NCBI GenBank assembly: GCA_900543695.1
Contig: UQSG01000004.1
Span: forward strand, 14,331-78,330
DNA length: 64,000 nucleotides
From: an uncultured Clostridium sp.
GTDB taxonomy: Bacteria; Bacillota; Clostridia; UBA1212; UBA1255
Direction: 5' to 3'
Of the stretch, positions 10,401 to 21,055 are shown piece by piece. Within the stretch, counting starts at the first letter, position 1; the number at the start of each line of letters is the position of its first letter. Made by a program: the position numbers and the translations under genes. The notes under the pieces are model-generated. The model was given only the letters and a program-made list of their open reading frames with translations. It was not told the DNA's origin and ran no database searches.

Positions 10401-10799
10401 TCAAACTCTTCTTCTCTTGGGCGGCCTGCATCCGTTGTGCGGGATCGGCGTCTCGTCCTTGATCATCGTAACGTCAAGGCCGGCGACCTGCAGCGCTCTG
10501 ATTGCCGACTCGCGGCCCGCTCCGGGACCTCTGACATAAACCTCAACGGATTTCAGTCCGTGCTCCATCGCGGCTTTTGCCGCCGTCTCAGCGGCAGACT
10601 GCGCCGCAAACGGCGTGCTCTTCTTAGAGCCGCGGAACCCGAGACCGCCGGCGCTTGCCCAGGAAATTGCGTTGCCGGATTTATCTGTAATCGTGACGAT
10701 CGTATTGTTAAAGCTGGAACGGATGTGAGCCTGACCGAATTCTACGAATTTTCGCTCTCTTCTTTTGCCCTTGACAGTTCTTTTGGTCTTAACAGCCAT
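10401..10799 (-). CDS. rpsK: 30S ribosomal protein S11
   Basis: ...[18 protein letters not shown]...[14 protein letters not shown] 10797-10799 lies 7 nt after GGAGG; the ORF-track start is a TTG two codons upstream. Confidence 0.95.
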   Translation of the reverse strand: MAVKTKRTVKGKRRERKFVEFGQAHIRSSFNNTIVTITDKSGNAISWASAGGLGFRGSKKSTPFAAQSAAETAAKAAMEHGLKSVEVYVRGPGAGRESAIRALQVAGLDVTMIKDETPIPHNGCRPPKRRRV

Positions 10800-10811
10800 A
10801 ATCAAACCTCC

Positions 10812-11180
10812 TTATTTCTTCTTGCCGGCTACAGTCTTACTGGGACCTTTTCTCGTTCTGGCGTTGGTTTTTGTCCTCTGTCCTCTTACGGGAAGTCCCA
10901 TTTTATGGCGTCTGCCTCTGTAGCAGCCAATTTCCATAAGACGCTTGATATTGAGAGACACTTCTCTGCGCACGTCTCCCTCCACCACATATTCCTTATC
11001 TATAATATCTCTTAATTTTCCGACTTCATCATCGGTTAAATCCCTGACTCTCGTATCCGGATTGATCCCCGTCTTCGAAAGGATCTCGTTCGATTTCGAT
11101 CTTCCGATTCCGTAAATATATGTTAATCCGATTTCAACACGTTTTTCTCTCGGCAAGTCCACACCTGCAATTCGAGCCAT
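10812..11180 (-). CDS. rpsM: 30S ribosomal protein S13
   Basis: [26 protein letters not shown]. Start taken at ATG 11178-11180 rather than the upstream GTG. Confidence 0.95.
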   Translation of the reverse strand: MARIAGVDLPREKRVEIGLTYIYGIGRSKSNEILSKTGINPDTRVRDLTDDEVGKLRDIIDKEYVVEGDVRREVSLNIKRLMEIGCYRGRRHKMGLPVRGQRTKTNARTRKGPSKTVAGKKK

Positions 11181-11359
11181 TCGCAAATACACCTCCGTAA
11201 ATTTCCTGTTCTTTTCTACAAAAATATATAATATAAATTGTATATATCGACATTCTGAAGCTCATGCCAAGCATGCAGCCGCACTTCAAAATGATAATAC
11301 TCCTGACTCCCATTCGTAAGCTTTCGTCAAGCCGGATGAGAGCTCGTCCGGCCGCATCA

Positions 11360-11476
11360 TCAGCCTTGCTTTTGCTTATGCTTCGGATAAGCGTCGCAAA
11401 TAACCATAACCTTGCCTTTTCTTTTAATGATCTTGCACTTATCGCAGATCGGCTTCACTGACGGTCTTACTTTCAT
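11360..11476 (-). CDS. rpmJ: 50S ribosomal protein L36
   Basis: Not in the ORF track (<60 aa). Hand translation of the minus strand gives [38 protein letters not shown] between infA and rpsM. Confidence 0.9.
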   Translation of the reverse strand: MKVRPSVKPICDKCKIIKRKGKVMVICDAYPKHKQKQG

Positions 11477-11490
11477 GGCACAAACCTCCT

Positions 11491-11706
11491 TCACTTTCTC
11501 CAGACGATCCGGCCGCGATCCAGATCATAGGGAGACAACTCCAGGGTGACATGGTCCCCTTTCACGATTCTAATATAATTTGTTCTGAGCTTGCCTGATA
11601 TATGGGCAATCACCATATGTCCGTTTGCAAGCTCTACTTTAAAAATGCAGTTCGGCAGTACTTCAGCGATCACGCCTTCTACTTCGATTAAGTCTTCCTT
11701 CGACAA
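11491..11706 (-). CDS. infA: translation initiation factor IF-1
   Basis: 71 aa. [44 protein letters not shown]. Confidence 0.95.
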   Translation of the reverse strand: MSKEDLIEVEGVIAEVLPNCIFKVELANGHMVIAHISGKLRTNYIRIVKGDHVTLELSPYDLDRGRIVWRK

Positions 11707-11718
11707 ACTATCATCCTC

Positions 11719-12480
11719 CTACATCGTTACGATCAGCGGATCGTCATCCGTCACAATTACCGTATTTTCGTAATGCGCCGAAAGCTTTCCGTCTTTCGTA
11801 TAGACGGTCCATTTGTTGGCGGCAAGAACGATATCCGCTCCGCCCTGGTTTACCATTGGCTCAATTGCGATCGCCATGCCCGCGGCAAGCCGATGTCCCC
11901 GTCTGTTTGTCCGGTAATTCGGGACTTCCGGATCCTCATGGAGCTCGCGCCCCACGCCGTGGCCCGTGTATTCCTTTACGATCGAATAACCAAAAGATTC
12001 GGCATAATCCTGTATCGCTCCGGATATGTCGGAGATCCGGTTGTTCGGCCGTACAAATTTCAGTCCTTCGAAAAAGCTTTGCCTTGTTACCTCGATCAGC
12101 TTCAATGCATCCTCGGAAACCCTTCCGACGGGAAAAGTCCGCGCCGCGTCTCCGTGAAACCCGTTGTAAAATGCGCCTACGTCAACGCTGATGATATCTC
12201 CCTCCCGCAGACGGCGGCCGTCCGGGATTCCATGAATCACCTCGCCGTTTAAAGAGGCGCAGATCGCACCGGGGAACTTGATCCCTCCGTAATAATTCGG
12301 CACTCCGAGAAAGGACGGAAAGGCACCATTCTTTATTATATAGTCTGAGGCGATTCTGTCAAGTTCTTTTGTCGTAATGCCGGGCGAAATATTTTCTTCG
12401 ATCTTCAGGAGAACCTCGGCAACAATTTTACCCGAGTCCTTCATCCTTTCAATTTCCGATTTCGATTTGATGTTGATCAT
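11719..12480 (-). CDS. map: type I methionine aminopeptidase
   Basis: 253 aa. ...ASLNGEVIHGIP...GDIISVDVGA...GHGVGRELHE...AIEPM. Confidence 0.95.
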   Translation of the reverse strand: MINIKSKSEIERMKDSGKIVAEVLLKIEENISPGITTKELDRIASDYIIKNGAFPSFLGVPNYYGGIKFPGAICASLNGEVIHGIPDGRRLREGDIISVDVGAFYNGFHGDAARTFPVGRVSEDALKLIEVTRQSFFEGLKFVRPNNRISDISGAIQDYAESFGYSIVKEYTGHGVGRELHEDPEVPNYRTNRRGHRLAAGMAIAIEPMVNQGGADIVLAANKWTVYTKDGKLSAHYENTVIVTDDDPLIVTM

Positions 12481-12484
12481 TCCA

Positions 12485-13135
12485 TCAGATTCCCTTCAAT
12501 CCAAGCGCATACAGGGTGTTCTGCAATGATTCCGGAATTGAATTTTCACTGCGGACATTCAAAAGCTTTCCCCTGTGCCGGTAAAAGTCTATAAGAGGCT
12601 CCGTCTTTTTATGATATGACGCGATCCTGTGTCTGATTACCTCCGGTCTGTCGTCTTCGCGTTCCACAAGCTGTGTCCCGCAGTTTCTGCATCGATTGTT
12701 TTCTGCCGGATTAAACTTCATATGATAAGTCTCATTACATGCCGGGCATACTTTTCTGTTCGACAGACGCTCTACAATGGTATCCTCATCCACTACGATG
12801 TTAATGATCCAGTCGATTTTTCTGCCGGACGCCCCGAGGATCCGCTCAAGCGCCTCGGCCTGCGGGATCGTTCGGGGAAATCCGTCCAGTATAAAGCCCT
12901 TTTGGCAATCAGGCTGTGCCAGACGAGCTTTTACGATCTGTGTCGTAATCTCATCCGGCACAAGCTCACCTTTCGATATATAGATGTCTGCCGTTTTGCC
13001 AAGCTCCGTGTTTTTTCTGATGTTATCTCTGAAGATTTCACCGGTGGAAATATGAGGAATTTTTAATATCTGAGACAGCTCCAGTGCCTGCGTACCCTTG
13101 CCTGCGCCAGGCGGTCCTAATAATATTAAGTTCAT
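12485..13135 (-). CDS. adk: adenylate kinase (zinc-lid type)
   Basis: MNLILLGPPGAGKGTQA... with lid CPACNETY...CRNCG. Start at ATG 13133-13135. Confidence 0.95.
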   Translation of the reverse strand: MNLILLGPPGAGKGTQALELSQILKIPHISTGEIFRDNIRKNTELGKTADIYISKGELVPDEITTQIVKARLAQPDCQKGFILDGFPRTIPQAEALERILGASGRKIDWIINIVVDEDTIVERLSNRKVCPACNETYHMKFNPAENNRCRNCGTQLVEREDDRPEVIRHRIASYHKKTEPLIDFYRHRGKLLNVRSENSIPESLQNTLYALGLKGI

Positions 13136-13155
13136 CTTTCCCTCCACCAGTTACA

Positions 13156-14490
13156 TTAATCCAAAAATCCTTTGTAATTTCTCATCAGCAGCTGAGATTC
13201 GAGCTGACGCACCGTTTCCAGAGCAACGCCTACGAGGATCAAAACCGTCGTTCCTCCAAACCAGAGATTAATGCTTCCTATTTCGGAATTAAAATAAGAA
13301 GTAATCTTCTGAATCAGAGAAGGCGCAATCGCAAGCAGCGCAAGGAAAATCGATCCGAACCACGTAACGCGGCGCGAAGCATGCTTGATATAATCCGCCG
13401 TCGGAGCGCCCGGTCTGAGGCCGGGAACAAATCCGCCGTTTTTCTTCAGGTTGTTCGCAATATCGACCGGATCGAAATATACGATGTTATAGAAAAATGT
13501 AAACCCTACGATCAGCAGTGCATAAATGATGATGTAAGGCCAGCCCTGCCCCTGAGAAAACGAATTAATAAAGCCTGAAAAGCCTGTTGTGCTCGACGAT
13601 TTTCCGATAAACGCAACGATTGTCGCAGGGAACTGCAGCATGGACATTGCAAAAATAATCGGAAGAACTCCCGACGAATTGACCTTGAGGGGAATGTTTG
13701 TGTTCTGTCCGCCGTAAATTTTCCTCCCGACGACGCGTTTTGCGTATTGAACGGGAATCCGGCGTTCACCGCCCTCCATCCATACGACAGCGATGATAAC
13801 GGCCAGAAATACGATCAGAATCGCAGCTACGAGAATAATTCTGACATACAGAGCCGACTGCATGCTCTCGCCTTTGATAATATCGTACAGCATAACGGCC
13901 GCGCTCGGCGCTCCGGCTACGATTCCGGCAAAGATAATAATGGAAATTCCGTTTCCAATACCGGTTTCCGTAATCTTTTCGCCCAGCCACATCAATACCA
14001 GAGTTCCCGCTGTGAAGGAAAAAATTACCATCAGGAACGTGAAAAAGTCGAATTTTCCGGAATCGGCGAATACATTATATGTTGCCGACTGGATGTTGAA
14101 GTACATCATGATGGACTGGAACAAAGCGAGCCCAAGTGTGATATACCTTGTGATTTTGCTCAGCTTTTTTCTGCCCTCCGGTCCTTCCTTCTGCATTCTT
14201 TCGAGTGCGGGAATCGCTACGGTAAGCAGCTGGACAATGATCGACGCGTTAATATAAGGGCTGATTGTCATTGCAAACAGAGACACCTGCTGGAACGCGC
14301 CGCCCGAAAGCATATCATACAGTCGGAACATTCCGTTGTTGGAAAGCTGACTGAACGCGTTGTCCGTCAAGCCAGGCACGGGAATAATACATCCTATTCT
14401 GAAAACAAGAATAAGCATGAGGGTCATAAACATTTTTTTCCTCAGCTCTTTCACTCTGAAAGCGTTGACGATAATGTCCTTAAACTTCAT
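13156..14490 (-). CDS. secY: preprotein translocase subunit SecY
   Basis: 444-aa polytopic protein, ...GGAFQQVSLFAMTISPYINASIIVQLL..., in the canonical position between rplO and adk. Confidence 0.97.
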   Translation of the reverse strand: MKFKDIIVNAFRVKELRKKMFMTLMLILVFRIGCIIPVPGLTDNAFSQLSNNGMFRLYDMLSGGAFQQVSLFAMTISPYINASIIVQLLTVAIPALERMQKEGPEGRKKLSKITRYITLGLALFQSIMMYFNIQSATYNVFADSGKFDFFTFLMVIFSFTAGTLVLMWLGEKITETGIGNGISIIIFAGIVAGAPSAAVMLYDIIKGESMQSALYVRIILVAAILIVFLAVIIAVVWMEGGERRIPVQYAKRVVGRKIYGGQNTNIPLKVNSSGVLPIIFAMSMLQFPATIVAFIGKSSSTTGFSGFINSFSQGQGWPYIIIYALLIVGFTFFYNIVYFDPVDIANNLKKNGGFVPGLRPGAPTADYIKHASRRVTWFGSIFLALLAIAPSLIQKITSYFNSEIGSINLWFGGTTVLILVGVALETVRQLESQLLMRNYKGFLD

Positions 14491-14933
14491 CAGATCACCT
14501 CAGCCTTTCCTCCTGCTTTTTCAATTTTTTCAGATGCATTTTTCGTAAAACGAACGGCCTTTACCGTTAGCTTCTTATTTAAATCACCGTTTCCGAGAAT
14601 TTTTACTCCGTCATACAGCTTTTTAATAAGACCGACTTCCGCAAGCGCGGCAGCGTCGACTACGGCGCCATCTTCAAAAACATCAAGAGCAGAAACGTTC
14701 ACTTCAGCGTAGACCTTTGCAAAAATCTTGTTATTGAACCCTCTCTTGGGGATTCTTCTATATAAAGGCGTCTGCCCGCCTTCGAAGCCTGGCCTTACTC
14801 CGCCTCCGGAGCGTGCCTTCTGGCCCTTGTGCCCTCTTCCGGCTGTTTTCCCGTTGCCGGATCCGTGGCCCCTGCCTTTTCTGTATGCTTCGCGGCTGGA
14901 ACCTGCCGCAGGACGTAATTCATCAAGCTTCAT
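14490..14933 (-). CDS. rplO: 50S ribosomal protein L15
   Basis: [12 protein letters not shown]...[47 protein letters not shown]. Confidence 0.95.
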   Translation of the reverse strand: MKLDELRPAAGSSREAYRKGRGHGSGNGKTAGRGHKGQKARSGGGVRPGFEGGQTPLYRRIPKRGFNNKIFAKVYAEVNVSALDVFEDGAVVDAAALAEVGLIKKLYDGVKILGNGDLNKKLTVKAVRFTKNASEKIEKAGGKAEVI

Positions 14934-14947
14934 GGAAACACCTCCTG

Positions 14948-15127
14948 TTATATTTCTTCGACCTTGACAAGATGCTCGACCACTTTGATCATCCCTCTGA
15001 CCTGAGGTGTGTCGTCCCGTTCCACCGAGCTTCCAATCTTTTTGAGTCCCAATGCCTGAACCGTAGCCTTTTGATTCTTAATTACGCTGTTCGTGCTTCT
15101 CGTAAGAGTTATTTTCAATTTTGCCAT
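14948..15127 (-). CDS. rpmD: 50S ribosomal protein L30
   Basis: Not in the ORF track (59 aa). Hand translation gives [59 protein letters not shown] between rpsE and rplO. Confidence 0.9.
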   Translation of the reverse strand: MAKLKITLTRSTNSVIKNQKATVQALGLKKIGSSVERDDTPQVRGMIKVVEHLVKVEEI

Positions 15128-15139
15128 TGTATTTCCCCC

Positions 15140-15640
15140 TTATTCAAAGATCTCGTCGACCGTTTTTCCGCGCAGCTTCGCGACCTTTTCAGCCGTCATC
15201 ATAGAAGTCAGCGCGTCGATCGTCGCACGAACCATATTAATAGGATTGTTGGAGCGCAGCGATTTCGTTCTGATATCGCGAATCCCCGACAATTCGATAA
15301 CGGCTCTGACAGGGCCGCCTGCGATTACGCCGGTACCTTCGGCGGCCGGCTTGAGAAGCACCTCGCCTGCGCCGAATTTTCCGATGATCTCATGCGGGAT
15401 CGTCGTGCCTACCATTGGAACCGTGATAATATTCTTTTTGGCGTCCTCAACGCCCTTACGAATCGCCTCTGTCACTTCGGCTGCTTTGCCAAGGCCGACG
15501 CCGACGCGTCCGTTTTCATTGCCTACCACTACAAGGGCGCTCCATCTGAAGTTACGTCCGCCTTTTACAACCTTCGTAACTTTTCCCAGATGTACGACTT
15601 TCTCTTTATACTCTGATGTGTTGGAATTATTATGTTCCAT
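15140..15640 (-). CDS. rpsE: 30S ribosomal protein S5
   Basis: ...[43 protein letters not shown]. Confidence 0.95.
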   Translation of the reverse strand: MEHNNSNTSEYKEKVVHLGKVTKVVKGGRNFRWSALVVVGNENGRVGVGLGKAAEVTEAIRKGVEDAKKNIITVPMVGTTIPHEIIGKFGAGEVLLKPAAEGTGVIAGGPVRAVIELSGIRDIRTKSLRSNNPINMVRATIDALTSMMTAEKVAKLRGKTVDEIFE

Positions 15641-15660
15641 AGTTTATCCTCCTTACGCCT

Positions 15661-16029
15661 TTAGAAGCTGAGGCCGGCTTCACGAGCGGCTTCGGCAAGC
15701 TCCTTGACTCTTCCGTGATATACGTAACCGCCGCGGTCAAATACGACCGTTGTAATTCCGGCAGCCAGAGCCTTCTCCGCTACAAGCCTGCCGACTTCCT
15801 TCGCCGCTTCCACATTGCCGCCGTTGGAAACTTTTTCTTTAACGGCCTGCTCCAGCGTAGACGCGGATACCAGCGTATTTCCCGTCGTATCGTCTATGAT
15901 CTGTGCATAAATATTGGAAAGGCTTCTGAATACATTGAGTCTCGGGCGTTCAGGTGTTCCGCTGATATGCTTTCTGACACGCAGATGTCTTCTCTGACGA
16001 AGCTGATTTTTACTTAATTTCTTTGCCAT
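15661..16029 (-). CDS. rplR: 50S ribosomal protein L18
   Basis: ...[33 protein letters not shown]...[24 protein letters not shown]. Confidence 0.95.
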   Translation of the reverse strand: MAKKLSKNQLRQRRHLRVRKHISGTPERPRLNVFRSLSNIYAQIIDDTTGNTLVSASTLEQAVKEKVSNGGNVEAAKEVGRLVAEKALAAGITTVVFDRGGYVYHGRVKELAEAAREAGLSF

Positions 16030-16047
16030 ATTGCGTCACTCCCTTTC

Positions 16048-16599
16048 TTATTTCTTTCCGGCGCCGCCGGTCTTGCCTTCTTTACGCCGGATGACCTCGT
16101 CGACGTATTTAATGCCCTTGCCCTTATACGGCTCCGGAGGCTTCTTGCCTCTTACCTTCGCCGCAAATTCGCCCACCATCTGCTTGTCGATTCCCTTGAT
16201 GATAATTTTGTTCTGTGCGGGAACCTCGATTGTGATACCCTCCGGCGGGTCCATATTAATCTGATGAGAAAAGCCGACGTTCAGAACGAGCGTTTTCCCC
16301 TGCAGCGCCGCTCTGTAGCCGACACCGTTGATTTCAAGCTCCTTGACATAGCCCTTTGTCACGCCGTCAACCATGTTCTGGATCAGCGAACGCGTAAGGC
16401 CATGAAGAGAGCGGTCCTGCTTCTCGTCAGAGCTGCGCGCAACAAGGATTTCCCCGTTTTCGATGCTGATCTGCATATTCGGATGAAAATGCTCCGTAAG
16501 CATTCCCTTCGCGCCTTTCACCTGCAGCGTATGAGCGTCTAAAAGCTCTGCCGTTACGCCCTCAGGGATTGTCACAGGCTTTTTGCCGATTCTTGACAT
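16048..16599 (-). CDS. rplF: 50S ribosomal protein L6
   Basis: MSRIGKKPVTIPEGVT... Start at ATG 16597-16599, 8 nt after GGAGG; the ORF-track start is an upstream TTG. Confidence 0.95.
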   Translation of the reverse strand: MSRIGKKPVTIPEGVTAELLDAHTLQVKGAKGMLTEHFHPNMQISIENGEILVARSSDEKQDRSLHGLTRSLIQNMVDGVTKGYVKELEINGVGYRAALQGKTLVLNVGFSHQINMDPPEGITIEVPAQNKIIIKGIDKQMVGEFAAKVRGKKPPEPYKGKGIKYVDEVIRRKEGKTGGAGKK

Positions 16600-16665
16600 T
16601 TTTTGTTCCTCCAATCTTAAGATTCCGTACCGTCCGATTCACAGGACCGTACTTTTCAGATTTAT

Positions 16666-17064
16666 TTACCAAATATAAGCCATTACTTCTCCGCCGATTC
16701 CGAGCTTTCTCGCTTTTTTATCGGTCATAATGCCGCTTGAAGTCGAAATAATTGCAACGCCGAGACCACCCAGCACCTTCGGCAGTTCGTCTTTTGACGC
16801 GTACACGCGCAGACCGGGCTTTGAAATCCTTTTGATTCCCGAAATAACAGGTCTTTTGCTGTCGGTATATTTCAAATACAAGCGAATCACGCCCTGCTTG
16901 CCGTCGTCGATCGTCTGCACTTCTTTTACGTATCCTTCCTCCGCAAGAATCCGGGCAATTGCGCTTTTCACATTCGAAGCCGGTACGTCGACCGTTTCCT
17001 GCTTTGCCGTTCCCGCGTTTCTGATCCGCGTCAACATATCAGCTATAACGTCAGTAATTTGCAT
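16666..17064 (-). CDS. rpsH: 30S ribosomal protein S8
   Basis: [17 protein letters not shown]... ...GGEVMAYIW. Confidence 0.95.
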   Translation of the reverse strand: MQITDVIADMLTRIRNAGTAKQETVDVPASNVKSAIARILAEEGYVKEVQTIDDGKQGVIRLYLKYTDSKRPVISGIKRISKPGLRVYASKDELPKVLGGLGVAIISTSSGIMTDKKARKLGIGGEVMAYIW

Positions 17065-17088
17065 TGTGCCAACCTCCTTATATTTCGA

Positions 17089-17274
17089 TTACCAGCTGGC
17101 TTTCTTAACGCCGGGGATCTGTCCCTTGTAAGCCAATTCTCTGAAGCAAATACGGCAAATTCCGTATTTTCTGATATATGCGTGAGGACGTCCGCAGATT
17201 TTACATCTGTTATATGCTCTTGTAGAATACTTAGGTGTCCTTTGCTGCTTGATCTTCATTGAAACCTTTGCCAT
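17089..17274 (-). CDS. rpsN: 30S ribosomal protein S14, type Z (zinc-binding)
   Basis: 61 aa. ...[41 protein letters not shown]. Confidence 0.95.
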   Translation of the reverse strand: MAKVSMKIKQQRTPKYSTRAYNRCKICGRPHAYIRKYGICRICFRELAYKGQIPGVKKASW

Positions 17275-17289
17275 GGTCTACCTCCTTTA

Positions 17290-17829
17290 TCACGAATCGA
17301 ACGGCATACCCATCATTTTGAGCAGCGCCTTGGCCTCTTCGTCCGTTTTTGCGGTTGTCACAAATATGATGTCCATGCCTCGGACTTTATCGATCTTATC
17401 GTATTCGATCTCGGGGAAAATAATCTGCTCTTTGATGCCCAGCGCGTAATTTCCTCTTCCGTCGAATGAATTTCCGGGGATTCCGTGGAAGTCCCTGATC
17501 CGCGGTAAAGTAATATTGATGAGCTTATCGGCAAAGGCATACATTTTTACGCCTCTTAAAGTAACCTTGCAGCCGATATTCATTCCTTCCCGCACCTTGA
17601 ATGCGGCGACGGATTTTTTCGCCTTTGTTACGATCGGCTTCTGGCCGGTGATCATGGTCAGATCGCTGACCGCGGATTCAATTGCCTTTGGATTTTCTTT
17701 TACCTCTCCCAAGCCCATATTGATCACAATTTTTTCAAGCTTCGGGATTTCCATAACGCTTTTATACTGAAACTGCTCCTTCAGGGCAGGCGCTATTTCG
17801 TTATCGTATTTTTCTTTCAGCCTTAACAT
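17290..17829 (-). CDS. rplE: 50S ribosomal protein L5
   Basis: [40 protein letters not shown]... Confidence 0.95.
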   Translation of the reverse strand: MLRLKEKYDNEIAPALKEQFQYKSVMEIPKLEKIVINMGLGEVKENPKAIESAVSDLTMITGQKPIVTKAKKSVAAFKVREGMNIGCKVTLRGVKMYAFADKLINITLPRIRDFHGIPGNSFDGRGNYALGIKEQIIFPEIEYDKIDKVRGMDIIFVTTAKTDEEAKALLKMMGMPFDS

Positions 17830-17849
17830 TTATTGTCCTCCCTTCGGAA

Positions 17850-18224
17850 TCACTTCGTATAATCGGTGGTAGGAATGACGGCGCCGCAGTCTTTTTTCTT
17901 GCAGACACGGACTTTGATCTGCCTGCCGTTTTCTTCAATGGTCTTATGCCCCGTTCTTGTAGGCTGTCCGCACTTCGGGCAGATGACCATAACGTTGGAA
18001 ACATGGACAGGGGCTTCTTTTTTGATAATACCGCCCTGCTCCGTACGGCCCTTGGGCTTCTTATGCTTGCTGACCATATTGTATCCCTCGACGATTACCT
18101 GCTCCTTTTCCGGAAGAACCGCGAGAACTTTTCCGGTAACCGTTTTGGGCTTCCCGTTTTTGTCCTTCTGACGGCGCGTATTGAGAACTACCACTTTATC
18201 GCCTTTTTTTATATTCATACTCAT
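17850..18224 (-). CDS. rplX: 50S ribosomal protein L24 (with Cys4 zinc-ribbon-like C-terminal extension)
   Basis: IKKGDKVVVL...KVLAVLPEKEQVIVEGYNMVSKHKKP...; the C-terminal part is CPKCGQPTR...VCKKKDCG. Confidence 0.9.
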   Translation of the reverse strand: MSMNIKKGDKVVVLNTRRQKDKNGKPKTVTGKVLAVLPEKEQVIVEGYNMVSKHKKPKGRTEQGGIIKKEAPVHVSNVMVICPKCGQPTRTGHKTIEENGRQIKVRVCKKKDCGAVIPTTDYTK

Positions 18225-18241
18225 AACTTATATCCCTCCGA

Positions 18242-18610
18242 TTAAAGAACCTCCGGAGCCAGCGAAACGATTTTCATGAAGTCGTTTTCTCTCAGCTCTC
18301 TGGCTACAGGTCCAAAGATACGTGTTCCTCTGGGGTTGAGATCGTCTTTGATCAGAACGGCCGCATTTTCATCAAATCTGATATAGGTTCCGTCCTCACG
18401 GCGAACGCCTCTTTTTGTGCGAACGATGACGCATTTGACGACGTCGCCTTTTTTTACCATACCGCCGGGCGCAGCAGCCTTGACAGAACAAACGATAATG
18501 TCGCCGATATTGGCATAACGGCGCTTGCTTCCGCCAATTACTTTAATGCACATCAATTCCTTCGCGCCGGTATTGTCTGCTACTTTCAGGCGTGTTTGTA
18601 CTTGTACCAT
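18242..18610 (-). CDS. rplN: 50S ribosomal protein L14
   Basis: [35 protein letters not shown]. Confidence 0.97.
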   Translation of the reverse strand: MVQVQTRLKVADNTGAKELMCIKVIGGSKRRYANIGDIIVCSVKAAAPGGMVKKGDVVKCVIVRTKRGVRREDGTYIRFDENAAVLIKDDLNPRGTRIFGPVARELRENDFMKIVSLAPEVL

Positions 18611-18631
18611 AACCTTTACCTCCTATGCGCC

Positions 18632-18889
18632 TTAGCGGGCCTTTTCAATAATAGAAGCAAGCCTCCACCGTTTTTCTCTGCTCAGAGGTCTGGTTTCCAT
18701 AACCTCTACAGTGTCTCCCACTTTTGCTTCGTTCGCTTCGTCGTGAGCTTTTAATTTATACGTGGTCTTAACGACCTTTTTATATAATGGATGTTTCACA
18801 CTGTCGACAACCGCCACCACGATGGTCTTATCCATTTTGTCGCTGATTACCTTGCCGACTCTTGTTTTTCTTAAATTTCTCTCTGCCAA
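18632..18889 (-). CDS. rpsQ: 30S ribosomal protein S17
   Basis: ...[21 protein letters not shown]...HPLYKK.V..T.K.KAHDE. Confidence 0.95.
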   Translation of the reverse strand: MAERNLRKTRVGKVISDKMDKTIVVAVVDSVKHPLYKKVVKTTYKLKAHDEANEAKVGDTVEVMETRPLSREKRWRLASIIEKAR

Positions 18890-18915
18890 GTTAAACTACC
18901 TCCTTCCGAAGCGGA

Positions 18916-19131
18916 TCACTGCTGCTCCGCGGCAAGCTCTTTCGCTCTGATCGCCGTCTTAACCCTTGCGATGTCGCGCTTTAAAAACTTCAGCTTCATC
19001 GGGTTTTCGATCGGGCTCGTCGCGTTTTTGAAGCGAAGCCGGAAAAGCTCTTCCTTCAGAGACGCTTCTTCTTTTTTTAATTCTTCAAGCGACAGTTTGC
19101 TTAAATGATCCTTGAATTCCTTAGCCTTCAT
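18916..19131 (-). CDS. rpmC: 50S ribosomal protein L29
   Basis: [34 protein letters not shown]... Start at ATG 19129-19131, overlapping the end of rplP. The 109-aa ORF-track version is an artefactual extension. Confidence 0.9.
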   Translation of the reverse strand: MKAKEFKDHLSKLSLEELKKEEASLKEELFRLRFKNATSPIENPMKLKFLKRDIARVKTAIRAKELAAEQQ

Positions 19132-19561
19132 GAACGTCACCCTCCGTTTCCGCTTGCTCGCGCGCAATGATTTTACACTTGACGGGAAGCTTATGCATTG
19201 CAAGGCGCAGCGCCTCTCTGCATAATTCTTCGCTGACTCCGGCAACCTCGAACAGGACTCTTCCGGGCTTTACGACGGCCACCCAGTATTCGGGCGAGCC
19301 TTTACCGGAACCCATTCGCGTCTCCGCAGGTTTTTTCGTAACCGGTTTGTCCGGGAATATTTTGATCCATACTTTTCCGCCTCTTTTGATGGCACGTGTC
19401 AGCGCGATACGGGCGGCTTCGATCTGGTTGCTCGTGATCCAGCCGCATTCCGCAGCCTGGAGACCGAATTCACCGTTTGATACGACGTTGCCTCTTGAGG
19501 CAGTACCCTTCATTCTGCCTCTCTGCACTTTTCTGTGCTTGACTCTCTTCGGCATCAACAT
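19121..19561 (-). CDS. rplP: 50S ribosomal protein L16
   Basis: [34 protein letters not shown]....IEAARIA.TR. Confidence 0.97.
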   Translation of the reverse strand: MLMPKRVKHRKVQRGRMKGTASRGNVVSNGEFGLQAAECGWITSNQIEAARIALTRAIKRGGKVWIKIFPDKPVTKKPAETRMGSGKGSPEYWVAVVKPGRVLFEVAGVSEELCREALRLAMHKLPVKCKIIAREQAETEGDVHEG

Positions 19562-19563
19562 AA

Positions 19564-20238
19564 TTATTCACCGCTCCCTTCTGAATTCGCCTTGTTGCCG
19601 GCCTTAATAGCAGGAAGGACTTCTCCTTTATAAATCCATACCTTTACGCCGATCTTTCCGTACGTCGTGTTCGCCTCTGCGAACCCGTAGTCGATATCGG
19701 CCCTGAGCGTTTGAAGCGGGATTGTGCCCTCGTGATAATGCTCGCTCCGCGCAATTTCCGCGCCGCCAAGCCGGCCGCTGCACGCCGTTTTGATTCCGAG
19801 CGCACCGGAGCGCATCGTTCTGAGCATTACCTGCTTCATTGCCCGGCGGAATGTGATCCGCTTTTCAAGCTGGCTGGCGATGTTCTCGGCGCACAGCTGA
19901 GCGTCCATATCCGGATTTTTAATTTCAAGGACGTTGATGGCGACGATTTTCCCCGTCATTTTTTCAAGCTCTGCTTTGAGCTCGTCTTTAATAGCGCCGT
20001 TTTTTCCGATTACGAAACCGGGCTTTGCCGTTTCTATGTTGAGAAGCAGCTTGTTGGCGGTTCTTTCGATCTTAATCTTGGAAATACCCGCGCTGTATAA
20101 TTTCTTTTTTACATACGATCTTACTTTATTGTCTTCTACAAGAAAATCTGCAAAGTTCTTCTTGTTTGCGTACCATTTGGAATCCCAATCTTTGATGACC
20201 CCGACTCTCAGTCCGTGAGGATTAACCTTTTGTCCCAT
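19564..20238 (-). CDS. rpsC: 30S ribosomal protein S3
   Basis: [24 protein letters not shown]... Start at ATG 20236-20238, 6 nt after GGAGG. Confidence 0.95.
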   Translation of the reverse strand: MGQKVNPHGLRVGVIKDWDSKWYANKKNFADFLVEDNKVRSYVKKKLYSAGISKIKIERTANKLLLNIETAKPGFVIGKNGAIKDELKAELEKMTGKIVAINVLEIKNPDMDAQLCAENIASQLEKRITFRRAMKQVMLRTMRSGALGIKTACSGRLGGAEIARSEHYHEGTIPLQTLRADIDYGFAEANTTYGKIGVKVWIYKGEVLPAIKAGNKANSEGSGE

Positions 20239-20253
20239 ATTCAACCTCCTCCA

Positions 20254-20730
20254 TTAGTCTCTTTCTTTCAATACTACCGTGATATGGCTCGTTCTCTTAT
20301 TGATGCGCATTCCGCGGCCTCTTGCGACGGCGCGCATTCTCTTGAGCGTCGGGCCCTGATTCGCGTAGCAATCGGCGACATAAAGCTTCTCGCTGTCAAG
20401 CTCGAAATTGTTCACGGCGTTTGCTTCCGCAGAATGCAGGAGTTTATAAATCATCTCGGACGCTGCTTTCGGAGTAAATTTGACAATTGCGTACGCTTCC
20501 TCCAGGGATTTGCCCTTAATCAGATCCAGAACGATTTTGACCTTTCTGGAAGAGATTCTGGCGCCCCGCAGCGTAGCCTTTCCCTGGTCTCTGCCGATCC
20601 CCAGCACCTTGCGTTCACGCTTTGAAAGAATAAAGGGCTTGCTGCTTTGACGAGATTGAGAATTATATTTTTCGATGAGCTCTTCTCTTCTTGAAAGAAG
20701 CTCAGATTCACTCATAATTTTTCTTTCCAA
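20254..20730 (-). CDS. rplV: 50S ribosomal protein L22 (with ~45-aa N-terminal extension)
   Basis: Core: ...ATLRGARISSRKVKIVLDLIKGKSLEEAYAIVKFTPKAASE...RGRGMRINKRTSHITVVL. The N-terminal extension has no alternative downstream ATG close to an RBS that I could see. Confidence 0.85.
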   Translation of the reverse strand: MERKIMSESELLSRREELIEKYNSQSRQSSKPFILSKRERKVLGIGRDQGKATLRGARISSRKVKIVLDLIKGKSLEEAYAIVKFTPKAASEMIYKLLHSAEANAVNNFELDSEKLYVADCYANQGPTLKRMRAVARGRGMRINKRTSHITVVLKERD

Positions 20731-20748
20731 AGAAATTCCTCCTTTTTA

Positions 20749-21036
20749 TCAGCGCTTGACAGAGCTGGATTTTTCACTCTTGTTCACATGACCTCTGTAA
20801 GTTCTCGTAGGAGCAAATTCACCGAGCTTGTGTCCGACCATTTCTTCCGTAATATATACCGGCACGTGCTTTCTGCCGTCATGGACAGCGATCGTGTGGC
20901 CTACCATCTGCGGGAAAATCGTCGACGCTCTGGACCATGTCTTGATAACGACTTTTTCGTTTTTCTCGTTCATCGCTTCGATTCTCTTTAAAAGTCTTTC
21001 CTGCACGAAAGGACCTTTTTTGACTGATCTACTCAT
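20749..21036 (-). CDS. rpsS: 30S ribosomal protein S19
   Basis: [11 protein letters not shown]...[52 protein letters not shown]. Confidence 0.97.
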   Translation of the reverse strand: MSRSVKKGPFVQERLLKRIEAMNEKNEKVVIKTWSRASTIFPQMVGHTIAVHDGRKHVPVYITEEMVGHKLGEFAPTRTYRGHVNKSEKSSSVKR

Positions 21037-21055
21037 GTTGCAACCTCCTTAACGA

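Noticed and set aside
13747-14712. Long antisense ORFs opposite conserved genes. Examples: 13747-14712(+) opposite secY, 34034-35278(+) opposite UPF0210, 59955-61250(+) opposite the P-type ATPase, 3520-4431(+) opposite alr, 43919-44911(+) opposite purF and 57858-58763(+) opposite the MBL-like gene.
   Set aside because: Their translations are Arg/Ser/His-rich and low in complexity, and no family is recognisable. Each lies entirely antisense to a strongly conserved gene, which is the typical GC-rich antisense-frame artefact.
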